Shown here in pieces: positions 9,644-17,478 of a DNA stretch of 19,670 nucleotides. The notes below the pieces were generated by a model. That model was not told the DNA's origin, made no database searches, and worked only from the letters and a program-made list of their open reading frames with translations. Position 1 is the first letter of the stretch, and each line of letters begins with the position of its first letter. The position numbers and the translations under genes were made by a program. Source of the stretch: a bacterium (GTDB taxonomy: Bacteria; Sysuimicrobiota; Sysuimicrobiia; Sysuimicrobiales; Kaftiobacteriaceae); the NCBI GenBank assembly GCA_044868695.1, contig JBIOWP010000013.1:1-19670 (forward strand), in the 5' to 3' direction.

Positions 9644-10873
9644 CTAGACTGCCTGGGGTTCGAAGACCACCTTAAAGGCCTTGGACTCGGCTTTGCCCAT
9701 CGCGGTCCGCAGGGCCACCCGATAGTCCTTCAGCGGGAACCGATGGGTCACCAGAGCGCCGAGGCGCACCGTCCCGCGCGCCATCCAGTCCAGCACCAGC
9801 TCCATCGTTTTTCCGGTGCGTCCCTGCCAGCGGTCCACCGCGTAGATGTAGCTCCCCGTGACCCTGAGCTCCTTCCACCACACCGGCGTCCAATCGACGC
9901 CTGACGGCACCGACGCCAGCCCAAGGAGCACGACGGATCCTCCGGGCCCCGTGAGCCGCAGGGCGTCGTCGAGGCTGCGTGAGGAACCGACGCACTCGAT
10001 CGTGAGATCCGCGCCCCCGATGAAGACACGCCGGCCGAGCATCGGCCGGCGAACTGTTCCTCCGAGGAGGTCCGCGAGCTCGTCGTAGTAGCCGTCTCCC
10101 CGGCGCAGCCGCACCGTCGCGTCCGCGCCCAACGCCCGCGCCATCTCTTCCTGGAATGGGTACTTCACCAGCGCGATGACGCGCGCGGCGCTCCCCACCG
10201 CGCGCACGGCGGCCACCGCGCACTGGCCGATGACCCCCCCGCCGATCACCAGCACGGTGGAGCGATCAGATGGCGGGTGAGCCAGCAGCGGATGCACGGC
10301 GCAGGCCATGGGCTCAGCCATCAGCGCTTCTTCGTCTCGAACGCCCTCCGGAACCGGCAGCACTTGCGAGCGGTGCGCGACGAACGCCGGGCTCCAGCTG
10401 CCGCCCGTATCGCGGCAGGCGCCGATCATCAGACCTGGACTGAGGTGGCCTTCGGTCGTCCTCACGCAGAGGTTGTACCGGCCGGCGGCGCAGTGCGGGC
10501 ACGGCGGGACCCCGCGCGCCGCGCACGGCAGGACCGGCTCGACCGTCACACGCTGTCCGGCCTGCCATCCAGCGGCCGCCCGGCCGACCTCGAGCACAGT
10601 GCCGACGTTCTCGTGCCCGAGTACGAACGGAAATGACGTCAGGGCCGACATCGCCGGACTGGTGTCCAGGCGGATGGTGTGCAGGTCGCTGCCGCAGATA
10701 CCACCCAGGCGCACCCGCACGCGGATCCAGTCCTCTCCTGGAAGCGCCGGCTCGGCCATCTCGCGGTATCGCAGCGGCGCAAACGGTCCAGAGACCGCCG
10801 AGCGGGTGATGGCGCTAAACGCCTTGGTAGCCACGAACCGGGGAATCGTTGGGTTGAAGACGAGAGCCTTCAT
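9644..10873 (-). CDS. Zinc-dependent medium-chain dehydrogenase (MDR)
   Basis: GICGSDLH, GHE, a structural-Zn cluster of four Cys, AEP.ACAVH, GGGVIG. Confidence 0.92.
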   Translation of the reverse strand: MKALVFNPTIPRFVATKAFSAITRSAVSGPFAPLRYREMAEPALPGEDWIRVRVRLGGICGSDLHTIRLDTSPAMSALTSFPFVLGHENVGTVLEVGRAAAGWQAGQRVTVEPVLPCAARGVPPCPHCAAGRYNLCVRTTEGHLSPGLMIGACRDTGGSWSPAFVAHRSQVLPVPEGVRDEEALMAEPMACAVHPLLAHPPSDRSTVLVIGGGVIGQCAVAAVRAVGSAARVIALVKYPFQEEMARALGADATVRLRRGDGYYDELADLLGGTVRRPMLGRRVFIGGADLTIECVGSSRSLDDALRLTGPGGSVVLLGLASVPSGVDWTPVWWKELRVTGSYIYAVDRWQGRTGKTMELVLDWMARGTVRLGALVTHRFPLKDYRVALRTAMGKAESKAFKVVFEPQAV

Positions 10874-10920
10874 CCAGAAAACTGCGGGATTAGGGATTCG
10901 GGATTAGGGATTCGACTCAT
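10870..10920 (-). CDS. Putative 16-aa uORF MSRIPNPESLIPQFSG
   Basis: SD-like AAGAAGG and ATG in the hairpin loop; its TGA overlaps the dehydrogenase ATG (ATGA). Confidence 0.3.
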   Translation of the reverse strand: MSRIPNPESLIPQFSG

Positions 10921-10965
10921 GTTCGCCTTCTTGTCTAATCCCTGATCCCTACTCCCTACTCCCGC
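10884..10965. repeat. Inverted repeat built from tandem heptamers (STRR-like); terminator-like hairpin
   Basis: Left arm GC-(GGGATTA GGGATTC)x2-GAC at 10884-10916; right arm GTC-TAATCCC TGATCCC TACTCCC TACTCCC-GC at 10933-10965; 16-nt loop; T-runs follow the hairpin on both strands. Confidence 0.85.
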
Positions 10966-10975
10966 CCTTTTCGTG

Positions 10976-12058
10976 TTAGGACATCGGGACTTGCCGGATG
11001 AACCCGCGTTCGAGCCGGTCGAAGATATCGTCCAGGCTGGGACCGGTGATGGTCAGTCCGTGGTTCTTTAGTCCTACGACCGCGCGGTCGGGGGTGCGTG
11101 ACTGGCGGACCACGTCGGCCACAGACTGTGCCAGCTGGATGGTCCCGCAGGGATAGTTGATCGTCGTCGAGGCGATCTTCTCCATCCAGGCGTGCACGTG
11201 CACGATCGCGCCGACCTGAGGATGTTCCGTGTAGATCATCCAGTGTTCAATCGCATCGACCGAGACCCGCCGGGGCTTGACGTGGGGCGGGACGCTGAGC
11301 AGCATGACGTGGCGTTCCCGGTCGAAACCCTTCACCATCAGGATATCGCGGCCGACCTCCGTCATCTGGCCCTTGTCCACCCCGCTGGCACTCATCCAGA
11401 ACCGCCGCCCGTCCTTGCGCACGCTGAGATTCCCGTACGAGAGCCCGCCGATGCCGTACAGGCGCTCGATGTGGCGCAGGTCGCGTTCGTCGAGCAGCTC
11501 GTGGATCGGGAAGGGCGCGGGTAACAGGTCCAGCGCGTCCAGGCGCTTCCCGGCGGCGCTGAGCTGCCGCGTGAGGGCATCCCCATGCCACAGGTCGGGC
11601 TCGAGATCCGGGTGGAACTCGTTGTCGATGACCAGTTGCGAGGATGCCAGCGGGTGCAGCCGGTCATAGAGGTAGTCAAAGTAGTCATCGCCGGTCAGGT
11701 CGGGAATCGGATAGTACCCTTGCTCCAGCGTCACAAAATAGGTGTGCACCGTTTCGCCGCTGCGCACCAGGTACAGGCAGAGGTTGGCGAGCGAGCGGAC
11801 CAGCAGCGGGTAGGCCTGGCGCAGGACGTTGTCGGGCCGCTGACCCGTGACTCCGATCGACACGACAAAAATCGCTTTGGCGCGCCGCCGGTATGGACGG
11901 GGCCGGTCGGGATCGATGAAGTTGAACACCAGACGGAGGTCGTCGGCCTCAGGGTCTGCGGTGAAGATGTGCCCCCGGCGCTGGAACACCGCCCGCAGGC
12001 CCGCAGCCGTCCGCGCCAGCGCCGGATCGGTATAGTCACCGACAAAGGTGAATTGCAT
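10976..12058 (-). CDS. Class II aldolase/adducin-family protein with an uncharacterised N-terminal domain
   Basis: C-terminal GNLSVR, SASGVDK, EHWMIY, IVHVH and KNHG (Zn ligands). Start trimmed to ATG 12058 (MQFTFVG). Confidence 0.85.
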   Translation of the reverse strand: MQFTFVGDYTDPALARTAAGLRAVFQRRGHIFTADPEADDLRLVFNFIDPDRPRPYRRRAKAIFVVSIGVTGQRPDNVLRQAYPLLVRSLANLCLYLVRSGETVHTYFVTLEQGYYPIPDLTGDDYFDYLYDRLHPLASSQLVIDNEFHPDLEPDLWHGDALTRQLSAAGKRLDALDLLPAPFPIHELLDERDLRHIERLYGIGGLSYGNLSVRKDGRRFWMSASGVDKGQMTEVGRDILMVKGFDRERHVMLLSVPPHVKPRRVSVDAIEHWMIYTEHPQVGAIVHVHAWMEKIASTTINYPCGTIQLAQSVADVVRQSRTPDRAVVGLKNHGLTITGPSLDDIFDRLERGFIRQVPMS

Positions 12059-12065
12059 CGCTATT

Positions 12066-12074
12066 ACAATACCA
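12066..12074 (-). promoter_or_regulatory. Extended -10 promoter, probably giving a leaderless mRNA
   Basis: TGgTATTGT, then 7 nt, then ATG 12058; no SD. Confidence 0.6.
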
Positions 12075-12134
12075 GAGCCCGCAGGCCGCTCCCTGCCGCG
12101 ACCCTGGAGGCCGCCGGTCGTGTCCCGCCGCGTC

Positions 12135-13274
12135 TCATCGTTGCCCCGGCCCGCCGTCGAGCCGGGGGCGGCGCAGCCGCACGAGGACGGTCCCGGCGAC
12201 GAGCCCAATCAGGTAGCCGTACGGCACCCCCAGCACCACCGCTCCGACCAGCAGCGCAATCGCAAACTCCACGGGATCGGCAACATCACGGATCAACACC
12301 ATGAGGGCCAGCGCCTCGAACGCAAGGATCACCCCGAGGACCGGCAGCGGAAACAGGCGGATGAGCTCCGCGAATCCGCCGCTGAAGAAGAGGCCCAGCA
12401 CCAGGTAGAGCGCGCCGTAGATCACCACCGACCCTCCGGTGCGCGCGCCGAACGCGTAGTGGCCGGCCACCCCGCCCGACCCATGACAGGTCGGTACTCC
12501 CCCAAACCACGGCCCGATGAGATTCATCAGCGCGTACGTCAGACCGATCCGGCGCACCCCCACATGGTGCGTGGGAAAAAAGTCGGCGACGACCTGGCGC
12601 GTGGCGAGGATGGAGTTCCCCAGCGACAGGGGCAGCTGCGGCAGCGCCAGCAGGACCAAACCGGTAAGAAAATCACGAGTGGACGGCGCGGCGAACTCCG
12701 GCAGGTGCAGCGCGAAACTGCGCACCCACACGCCGCGGTCCAGCCGGAACAGCAGCGCGTAGATCGCGCCCAGCCCAATCAGCAGGAGCGCCGGCGGCGC
12801 GCGGCGGTTCCCCAGCAGCGCGACCGTCAGGGCGAACCCAGCGGCGGCGAGGAGATAGCCTGGAAGTCCCTCGCCGGTCACGTAGCGGCCTAGGGCCAGC
12901 GACGCAAGCTGTAACCCGAGTCCGAACTGAATGCCGCGGACGACCGCCCGGGGCACTGCGTGCGCCACCCACTCCAGCGCTCCGGTAGCCACCAGGAGAA
13001 ACATCAGCACCCCGATCGCCAGGCCGCCGCCGGCCAAGACCTGCGGTGCCAGCTTCTGGGTGATCACGATCACCGCCATGGCCTTCAGCGGCTGCACGGG
13101 CATGGGGAGTCCGTAGGTGACACCGGTCAGGATCTGCATGGCGCCGAATATGGCGAGCACACCGGCGGGATTCAGTCCCGCGGCCAGGATCATACCGGTC
13201 AGGAGGGGAAAATCGGTACCGATATCTCCGAACGCGCCGGCCAGTTCGTTGCGATCGAAGCGCAGTCTAGCCAA
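12135..13274 (-). CDS. MOT1-family molybdate/sulfate transporter
   Basis: ELAGAFGDIGT..P, PMPVQPLKA, VVRGIQFGLG, PQLPLSLGNS, CHGSGG.AGHY.FGARTG. Probable TTG start at 13274 overlaps the upstream stop. Confidence 0.9.
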   Translation of the reverse strand: MARLRFDRNELAGAFGDIGTDFPLLTGMILAAGLNPAGVLAIFGAMQILTGVTYGLPMPVQPLKAMAVIVITQKLAPQVLAGGGLAIGVLMFLLVATGALEWVAHAVPRAVVRGIQFGLGLQLASLALGRYVTGEGLPGYLLAAAGFALTVALLGNRRAPPALLLIGLGAIYALLFRLDRGVWVRSFALHLPEFAAPSTRDFLTGLVLLALPQLPLSLGNSILATRQVVADFFPTHHVGVRRIGLTYALMNLIGPWFGGVPTCHGSGGVAGHYAFGARTGGSVVIYGALYLVLGLFFSGGFAELIRLFPLPVLGVILAFEALALMVLIRDVADPVEFAIALLVGAVVLGVPYGYLIGLVAGTVLVRLRRPRLDGGPGQR

Positions 13275-14436
13275 GAATGCCTTGTGAGTGACGGCCGCGA
13301 ATGAGGCGCCCTTCGGCAAACCGGGACGGGCGGAACATCGAGATGTCGACCGGCGGCGCCTCGCCGGCGACGATGGCCGCCAGCACCTCTCCTAGAGCGG
13401 GGCTGAGTTTGAATCCGTGTCCGGAGAATCCGGCCGCGACGTACAAGCCCGCGATTCCAGGCGCCGCGCCCAGCACCGGCTGCCAGTCCGGAGTGATGTC
13501 GTACAGACTGGCGTATCCGGCCCGGAATTCGGCGTCCTTCGCATCCGGATAGCGATCGGCCCACAGCCGGCCGACGCGCGCAACGAAGTCGAAATCGACC
13601 CCGCGGCGGAACGCATCCGGTGGCACGATCTCTTCGACCTCTTCTTCGAGCACGCCGGCAAGAACCGTTCCGCCGGCCTCGGGCCGGACATAGAAGCCGA
13701 GCGCCAGGTCCTCAATCACCGTGCGCAACTGCCCGAACGAAGCGGGAGGCGCGAGCTGCACCACCTGCTGGCGTGAGCCTTGAATCGGCATCTCCACCCC
13801 CAGCGGCCCCAGCAGCGCCGGCGTCCACGGCCCGCAGGCAACCAGTACCGCCGGTGTGCTGATTTCACCGCGCCCCGTTCGCACGCCGCGGACGCGGCCT
13901 CCCTCCACGACGATCTCCTCCGCCGGCGTGCCCTCCCAGATCTCTGCGCCGTCACGCCTGGCCGCGGCGGCGAACCCGGCGGCGGTCGCATACCCGTCAG
14001 CAAACCCTGATTCGGGCTCCCATGCCCCACCCGCCACCCCGGTCAGATCCATCCGCGGATCCAGATCGGCGATCTCCTTGGGGGTGAGTACGAACGACGT
14101 GACCCCGAGCCGGTGCTGCAGCTCCACGTTTGCGCGCAGCCCGTCCATCTCTCGTTCAGACGCCAGGAGCAGAAACCCGCAGCGGGTGAAGTCGGCGACG
14201 GCGCCGGTGAGCTCGCCAAACCGGGCAAACGCCTCCAGGCTCCGCGCCGCGAGCCGGATCAGCGGTTCATACGAATAATGGAGGCGGATAATGCCGATGG
14301 ACTTCGCAGTCGGCCCGGCCCCCACGGTGTCGCGTTCGATCATCACGACCCGCCCGTAGCGGCGGCGGGCCAGATGAAACGCCACGCTGGTCCCGGTGGA
14401 TCCCCCGCCGAGGATGACAATGTCTGCCGTCGTCAC
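13267..14436 (-). CDS. FAD-dependent oxidoreductase, DAO / sarcosine oxidase beta-like
   Basis: IVILGGG.TG, T.KS.GIIR.HY, YDITPD..PVLG, GFSGHGFKLSP. GTG at 14436 follows GGAGA. Confidence 0.92.
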   Translation of the reverse strand: MTTADIVILGGGSTGTSVAFHLARRRYGRVVMIERDTVGAGPTAKSIGIIRLHYSYEPLIRLAARSLEAFARFGELTGAVADFTRCGFLLLASEREMDGLRANVELQHRLGVTSFVLTPKEIADLDPRMDLTGVAGGAWEPESGFADGYATAAGFAAAARRDGAEIWEGTPAEEIVVEGGRVRGVRTGRGEISTPAVLVACGPWTPALLGPLGVEMPIQGSRQQVVQLAPPASFGQLRTVIEDLALGFYVRPEAGGTVLAGVLEEEVEEIVPPDAFRRGVDFDFVARVGRLWADRYPDAKDAEFRAGYASLYDITPDWQPVLGAAPGIAGLYVAAGFSGHGFKLSPALGEVLAAIVAGEAPPVDISMFRPSRFAEGRLIRGRHSQGILG

Positions 14437-14494
14437 CGCGTCTCCGAAGACACTTTCGCCGCTGTAGGCCCCGTGCCTCTCCTGTTCAAGATAC

Positions 14495-14550
14495 TGCAAC
14501 CACTCCCTGATTCAGGTATTTCCCTGAGGCGTCTCAGGTGTTTCCCTGAG
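14495..14550. promoter_or_regulatory. Tandem palindromic operators TCAGG-N6-CCTGA
   Basis: TCAGGTATTTCCCTGA at 14512-14527 and TCAGGTGTTTCCCTGA at 14534-14549 (22-bp period), plus half-site CCTGA at 14506-14510. Flanked by candidate -10 boxes TATCTT (minus, 14488-14493) and TATGCT (plus, 14595-14600). Confidence 0.75.
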
Positions 14551-14606
14551 TCAGCTACATGTTTCACCCGCTGGCCGGGGCGCCCTACTACATCTATGCT
14601 GAACGA

Positions 14607-14765
14607 GAAAGAACCCTGCACTCAAGGGTGTGAGCTGGCGGTTTCAAGCCAGCAACTCCTGGGGAAGGGTGAGATTTCATGCGAAGGGCTACGTGGTAGA
14701 GCAAGCCCATCCCCCCTCGCCTGACCCGGAGCGGCCGTCCGCCAGGCGGCCGCTCCGGTGCTTTT
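14607..14765 (+). ncRNA. Candidate small RNA or micropeptide transcript
   Basis: -10 TATGCT upstream, several stem-loops and a plus-oriented terminator; no family recognised. Confidence 0.35.
14726..14765 (+). terminator. Intrinsic terminator hairpin
   Basis: CCGGAGCGGCCG / CGGCCGCTCCGG is a 12-bp perfect stem with two further pairs, followed by TGCTTTT on plus. It also lies immediately downstream of the lacD-like stop on minus. Confidence 0.8.
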
Positions 14766-15775
14766 CACTCCAACCCGTACCGCCGATACCAGCCCTGATC
14801 CACCGGCACGAGCTCACGCAGGGAATCGCTGTGCTTGCGCCACCACGGCCGCCCGTGCTCAGCGGCAACCTCGTGCAGCCGGCGCATCCGGTCGGCCCCA
14901 ACGGTCTGCAGCCAGCGGCGCCGCTCGCTGCGGTCCGGCATCTTGAGCGCCTCTTCCCACACGGCGCGGCCGCCCAGAAATCCCGAGGCCCCTGCCCGGC
15001 AGGCGGTCTCGACCTGCGCGATGAACTCGTCGTACCCCACTCCCCCGCTGAGCAGCACCCAGGGCACCTGTGATGCGGCGTCAATGCGCGCGCAGGCCTC
15101 GCGGATACGACCGGCATCATGCTCGAACCGCAGATCCACCGGAAACTGCGCCTTCAGCACGTTGATGCCGAGCGGAGTGAGGTCGGCGGCGGACCGCGCG
15201 ACCAGGTCTGGCTTTCGCGCCGCAAAGGCCGCCGGATCCTGCTCGGCCTCCACAGGGTAGGCGATCGGCTCCAGCACAAATGGGATATCAGCGGCACGGC
15301 AGTCATCCGCCACGGCGCGGACCACGTCACGCTGATGGGCCGCCACCTGAGGCAGATCCGGCCGGTAATACAGCAAGACCTTCACGGCGGACGCGCCCAT
15401 GTGTTTGATCTTCTGCACGCTCCAGCCGTCCAGCAGCCTCGTGACCCTGCCCTCGGCCTCGCGCCCGTAACCTGTCTCCTCCAGGCTAACGAGCAAGCCG
15501 ACGTTGCCGCGCAGCACGCCGCCGGCAATTGCCTGGGGAGCCCCATAGATCGGATCCAGCAGCACCGCGGTTGACGCGGGAGACAGCATCTCGGCGAGGT
15601 CCAGCTTGGCTTCCGTCAGGGCCTTGTCACCCGCGCGCTGCGGGGCCTGCGGGCTCAGCATCTCCTGCATCGAACCCCGGTGGTCCATCGCGCACATGGC
15701 GAAGATCCCGGCAGGATCAGCCAGTTGCTGGAGACCCCGGACTTTGCCGATCGTCAACTGCGCCATCGGGCTCAC
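14765..15775 (-). CDS. lacD: Tagatose-1,6-bisphosphate aldolase-like (LacD/YihT family)
   Basis: AMDHRGS, AVLLDP.YG, ASAVKVLLYY, FVLEP, VLKAQFP, WVLLSGG, ASGFLGGRAVW. The GTG start overlaps the pfkA TGA; alternative ATG at 15766. Confidence 0.85.
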   Translation of the reverse strand: MSPMAQLTIGKVRGLQQLADPAGIFAMCAMDHRGSMQEMLSPQAPQRAGDKALTEAKLDLAEMLSPASTAVLLDPIYGAPQAIAGGVLRGNVGLLVSLEETGYGREAEGRVTRLLDGWSVQKIKHMGASAVKVLLYYRPDLPQVAAHQRDVVRAVADDCRAADIPFVLEPIAYPVEAEQDPAAFAARKPDLVARSAADLTPLGINVLKAQFPVDLRFEHDAGRIREACARIDAASQVPWVLLSGGVGYDEFIAQVETACRAGASGFLGGRAVWEEALKMPDRSERRRWLQTVGADRMRRLHEVAAEHGRPWWRKHSDSLRELVPVDQGWYRRYGLE

Positions 15776-16743
15776 GTCGCGAGTCTCCTCGCCAGATCGA
15801 GCAGGCGGAGGTCGAGCGTTTTCTGATTAGCAACGACCTCGTCGAGCGGCGTAGGAGCGATCTCGCCGGCGCGCAGCCCCATCAGCACCCCGTGGCGTCC
15901 GGCCACCAGGGACTCCGCCGCCGCGGCCCCCAACCGGGTGGCCAGCAGCCGGTCGAATGCGGTCGGCGCACCGCCGCGCTGCACGTGTCCGAGAATCGTT
16001 GCGCGGACCTCATAGCCCAGCCGGTTGCGGTGCTCCCGGAAGTAGTGAGTCAGCCGGTCAGCGTTGTACCCGGCCCCCTCGGCCACGACCACCAGCGCGT
16101 GCGCCTTGCCCCGTGTGGCCGCCTCCCGGAGTTCCTCAACCAGCTGTTCAGGGTTGGTTTCGACTTCTGGAATGACCACCGCCTCCGCTCCACCCGCAAT
16201 CGCCGTCATCAGCGCAAGGTATCCCGAGTGACGGCCCATCACCTCGACGAGAAAGGCGCGCTGGAGCGCGGACGCGGTCGTCTTGAGGCGGTCCACGGCC
16301 TCCAGGGCGATGTTCAGCGCCGTATCCACGCCGATCGTCATCTCAGCGCCGTACAGGTCGTTGTCGATCGTCGATCCGACACCGATGATGGGCACCCCCG
16401 CCTTTGACAGCTCGTGGGCGCCGCACTGCGTGCCGCTGCCGCCGATGACAACCACGGCGTCGATGCGGTGGTCCTGCAGCGTGCGCAGAGCACGGCGGCG
16501 TCCGGGCTCCTCATAGAACTCTGGGCAGCGGGCGGAGTGCAGGATCGTCCCGCCCAGTTGGATGATGCCGCCCACGTCGCGTGCCGTCAGCGGCGCGACC
16601 TCGCCGGCGATGAGTCCCGCGTAGCCGTGGCGTACGCCCGAGACGTCCCAGCCGTGGGAGATGGCCGTCCGCACAACAGCGCGGATCGCGGCGTTCATGC
16701 CGGGGGCGTCGCCCCCGCTGGTCAGAACGGCGAGGCGAGACAT
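15772..16743 (-). CDS. pfkA: ATP-dependent 6-phosphofructokinase family protein
   Basis: VLTSGGDAPGMNAAIRAV, GGTIL.SARC, TIDND, EVMGRHSG, LGHVQRGG.PTAFDR. Confidence 0.93.
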   Translation of the reverse strand: MSRLAVLTSGGDAPGMNAAIRAVVRTAISHGWDVSGVRHGYAGLIAGEVAPLTARDVGGIIQLGGTILHSARCPEFYEEPGRRRALRTLQDHRIDAVVVIGGSGTQCGAHELSKAGVPIIGVGSTIDNDLYGAEMTIGVDTALNIALEAVDRLKTTASALQRAFLVEVMGRHSGYLALMTAIAGGAEAVVIPEVETNPEQLVEELREAATRGKAHALVVVAEGAGYNADRLTHYFREHRNRLGYEVRATILGHVQRGGAPTAFDRLLATRLGAAAAESLVAGRHGVLMGLRAGEIAPTPLDEVVANQKTLDLRLLDLARRLAT

Positions 16744-16770
16744 GATGACGTTACCATCTTACATAGAAAC

Positions 16771-16798
16771 GGGGGTCGGGGGTCGGGGGTTAGGGGTC
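16771..16798 (+). repeat. Tandem heptamer GGGGGTC repeat; G-quadruplex-forming motif
   Basis: GGGGG TC GGGGG TC GGGGG TTA GGGG TC. Confidence 0.7.
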
Positions 16799-17464
16799 GA
16801 TGAGACCTTTACGGATGGCGTACCGGACAAGCAGGCTGCGGTCGTGCAGGTCCAGCTTCTCCATGATGTGGGCGCGGTGGGTCTGGATGGTCTTGATGCT
16901 GATCCCCAGGCGCTGCGCGATCGCCGCGTTGGTCAGCCCGTCGGCCAGCAGGACAAGAATTTCGCGCTCCCTGTCGGTCAGGCCATCGTAGCGGTCCCGG
17001 CCTTCGCCGGACCGGATCCTGTCCAGGTAGTCCTGGACGACACTGCGCGCGACCGACGGGCAGAGAAATGCCTCCCCACGCGACGCGGACCGCACCGCCT
17101 CCACGAGATCGGTGGCCGCCGCGCGCTTGAGGACATAACCGGACGCGCCTTTCTGCAGCAGCTGGAACACGTACGACTCTTCCTCATGCATCGTGAGGAT
17201 GAGCACGCGGGCGTTGGGGCAAAGCCGTTGGAGCTGTCGCGTCGCCTCGATGCCGTTCATCTGCGGCATGCTGATGTCCATGACCACGACGTCGGGAGCC
17301 AGCGTCTGCGCCAGCTCAACCGCTTCCCGACCGTCCCTGGCCTCACCGACCACATGGAAGTCCGGTTCCGCGTCCAGGATCATCCGGATGCCTTCCCGGA
17401 CGATGGCGTGATCCTCGGCGATGAGGATTCGGATCGTGGCAACGAGTTGCGCTGCTTTCGGCAT
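16790..17464 (-). CDS. NarL/LuxR-family response regulator
   Basis: REC domain ILIAEDH..VVVMDISMP..LTMH..GYVLK; HTH LTDRERE..GLTN..IA..L.IS.KT..THR.HIMEKL. Start trimmed to ATG 17464. Confidence 0.95.
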   Translation of the reverse strand: MPKAAQLVATIRILIAEDHAIVREGIRMILDAEPDFHVVGEARDGREAVELAQTLAPDVVVMDISMPQMNGIEATRQLQRLCPNARVLILTMHEEESYVFQLLQKGASGYVLKRAAATDLVEAVRSASRGEAFLCPSVARSVVQDYLDRIRSGEGRDRYDGLTDREREILVLLADGLTNAAIAQRLGISIKTIQTHRAHIMEKLDLHDRSLLVRYAIRKGLIDP

Positions 17465-17478
17465 GCCCGCCACCCCCG

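Noticed and set aside
14437..14484. Glycine riboswitch upstream of the DAO-family gene (GGAGAG on minus)
   Set aside because: The leader is too short and lacks the CCGAAG and CUCUCAGG elements in the right order.
14506..14550. Mini-CRISPR or transposon-end interpretation of the repeats
   Set aside because: The repeats are 16 bp with a 6-bp gap, and there is no cas or transposase gene.
14607..14725. Resemblance to c-di-GMP-II, ZTP, Moco riboswitch or 6S RNA
   Set aside because: Only fragments match (GCAC..GAGCUGG; UGGCG..CGCCUG), the required pairings are absent and there is no downstream plus-strand gene. An Rfam scan is needed.
14765..16743. Sulfoglycolysis cluster
   Set aside because: No sulfoquinovosidase, SQ isomerase or sulfolactaldehyde reductase is recognisable in the window.
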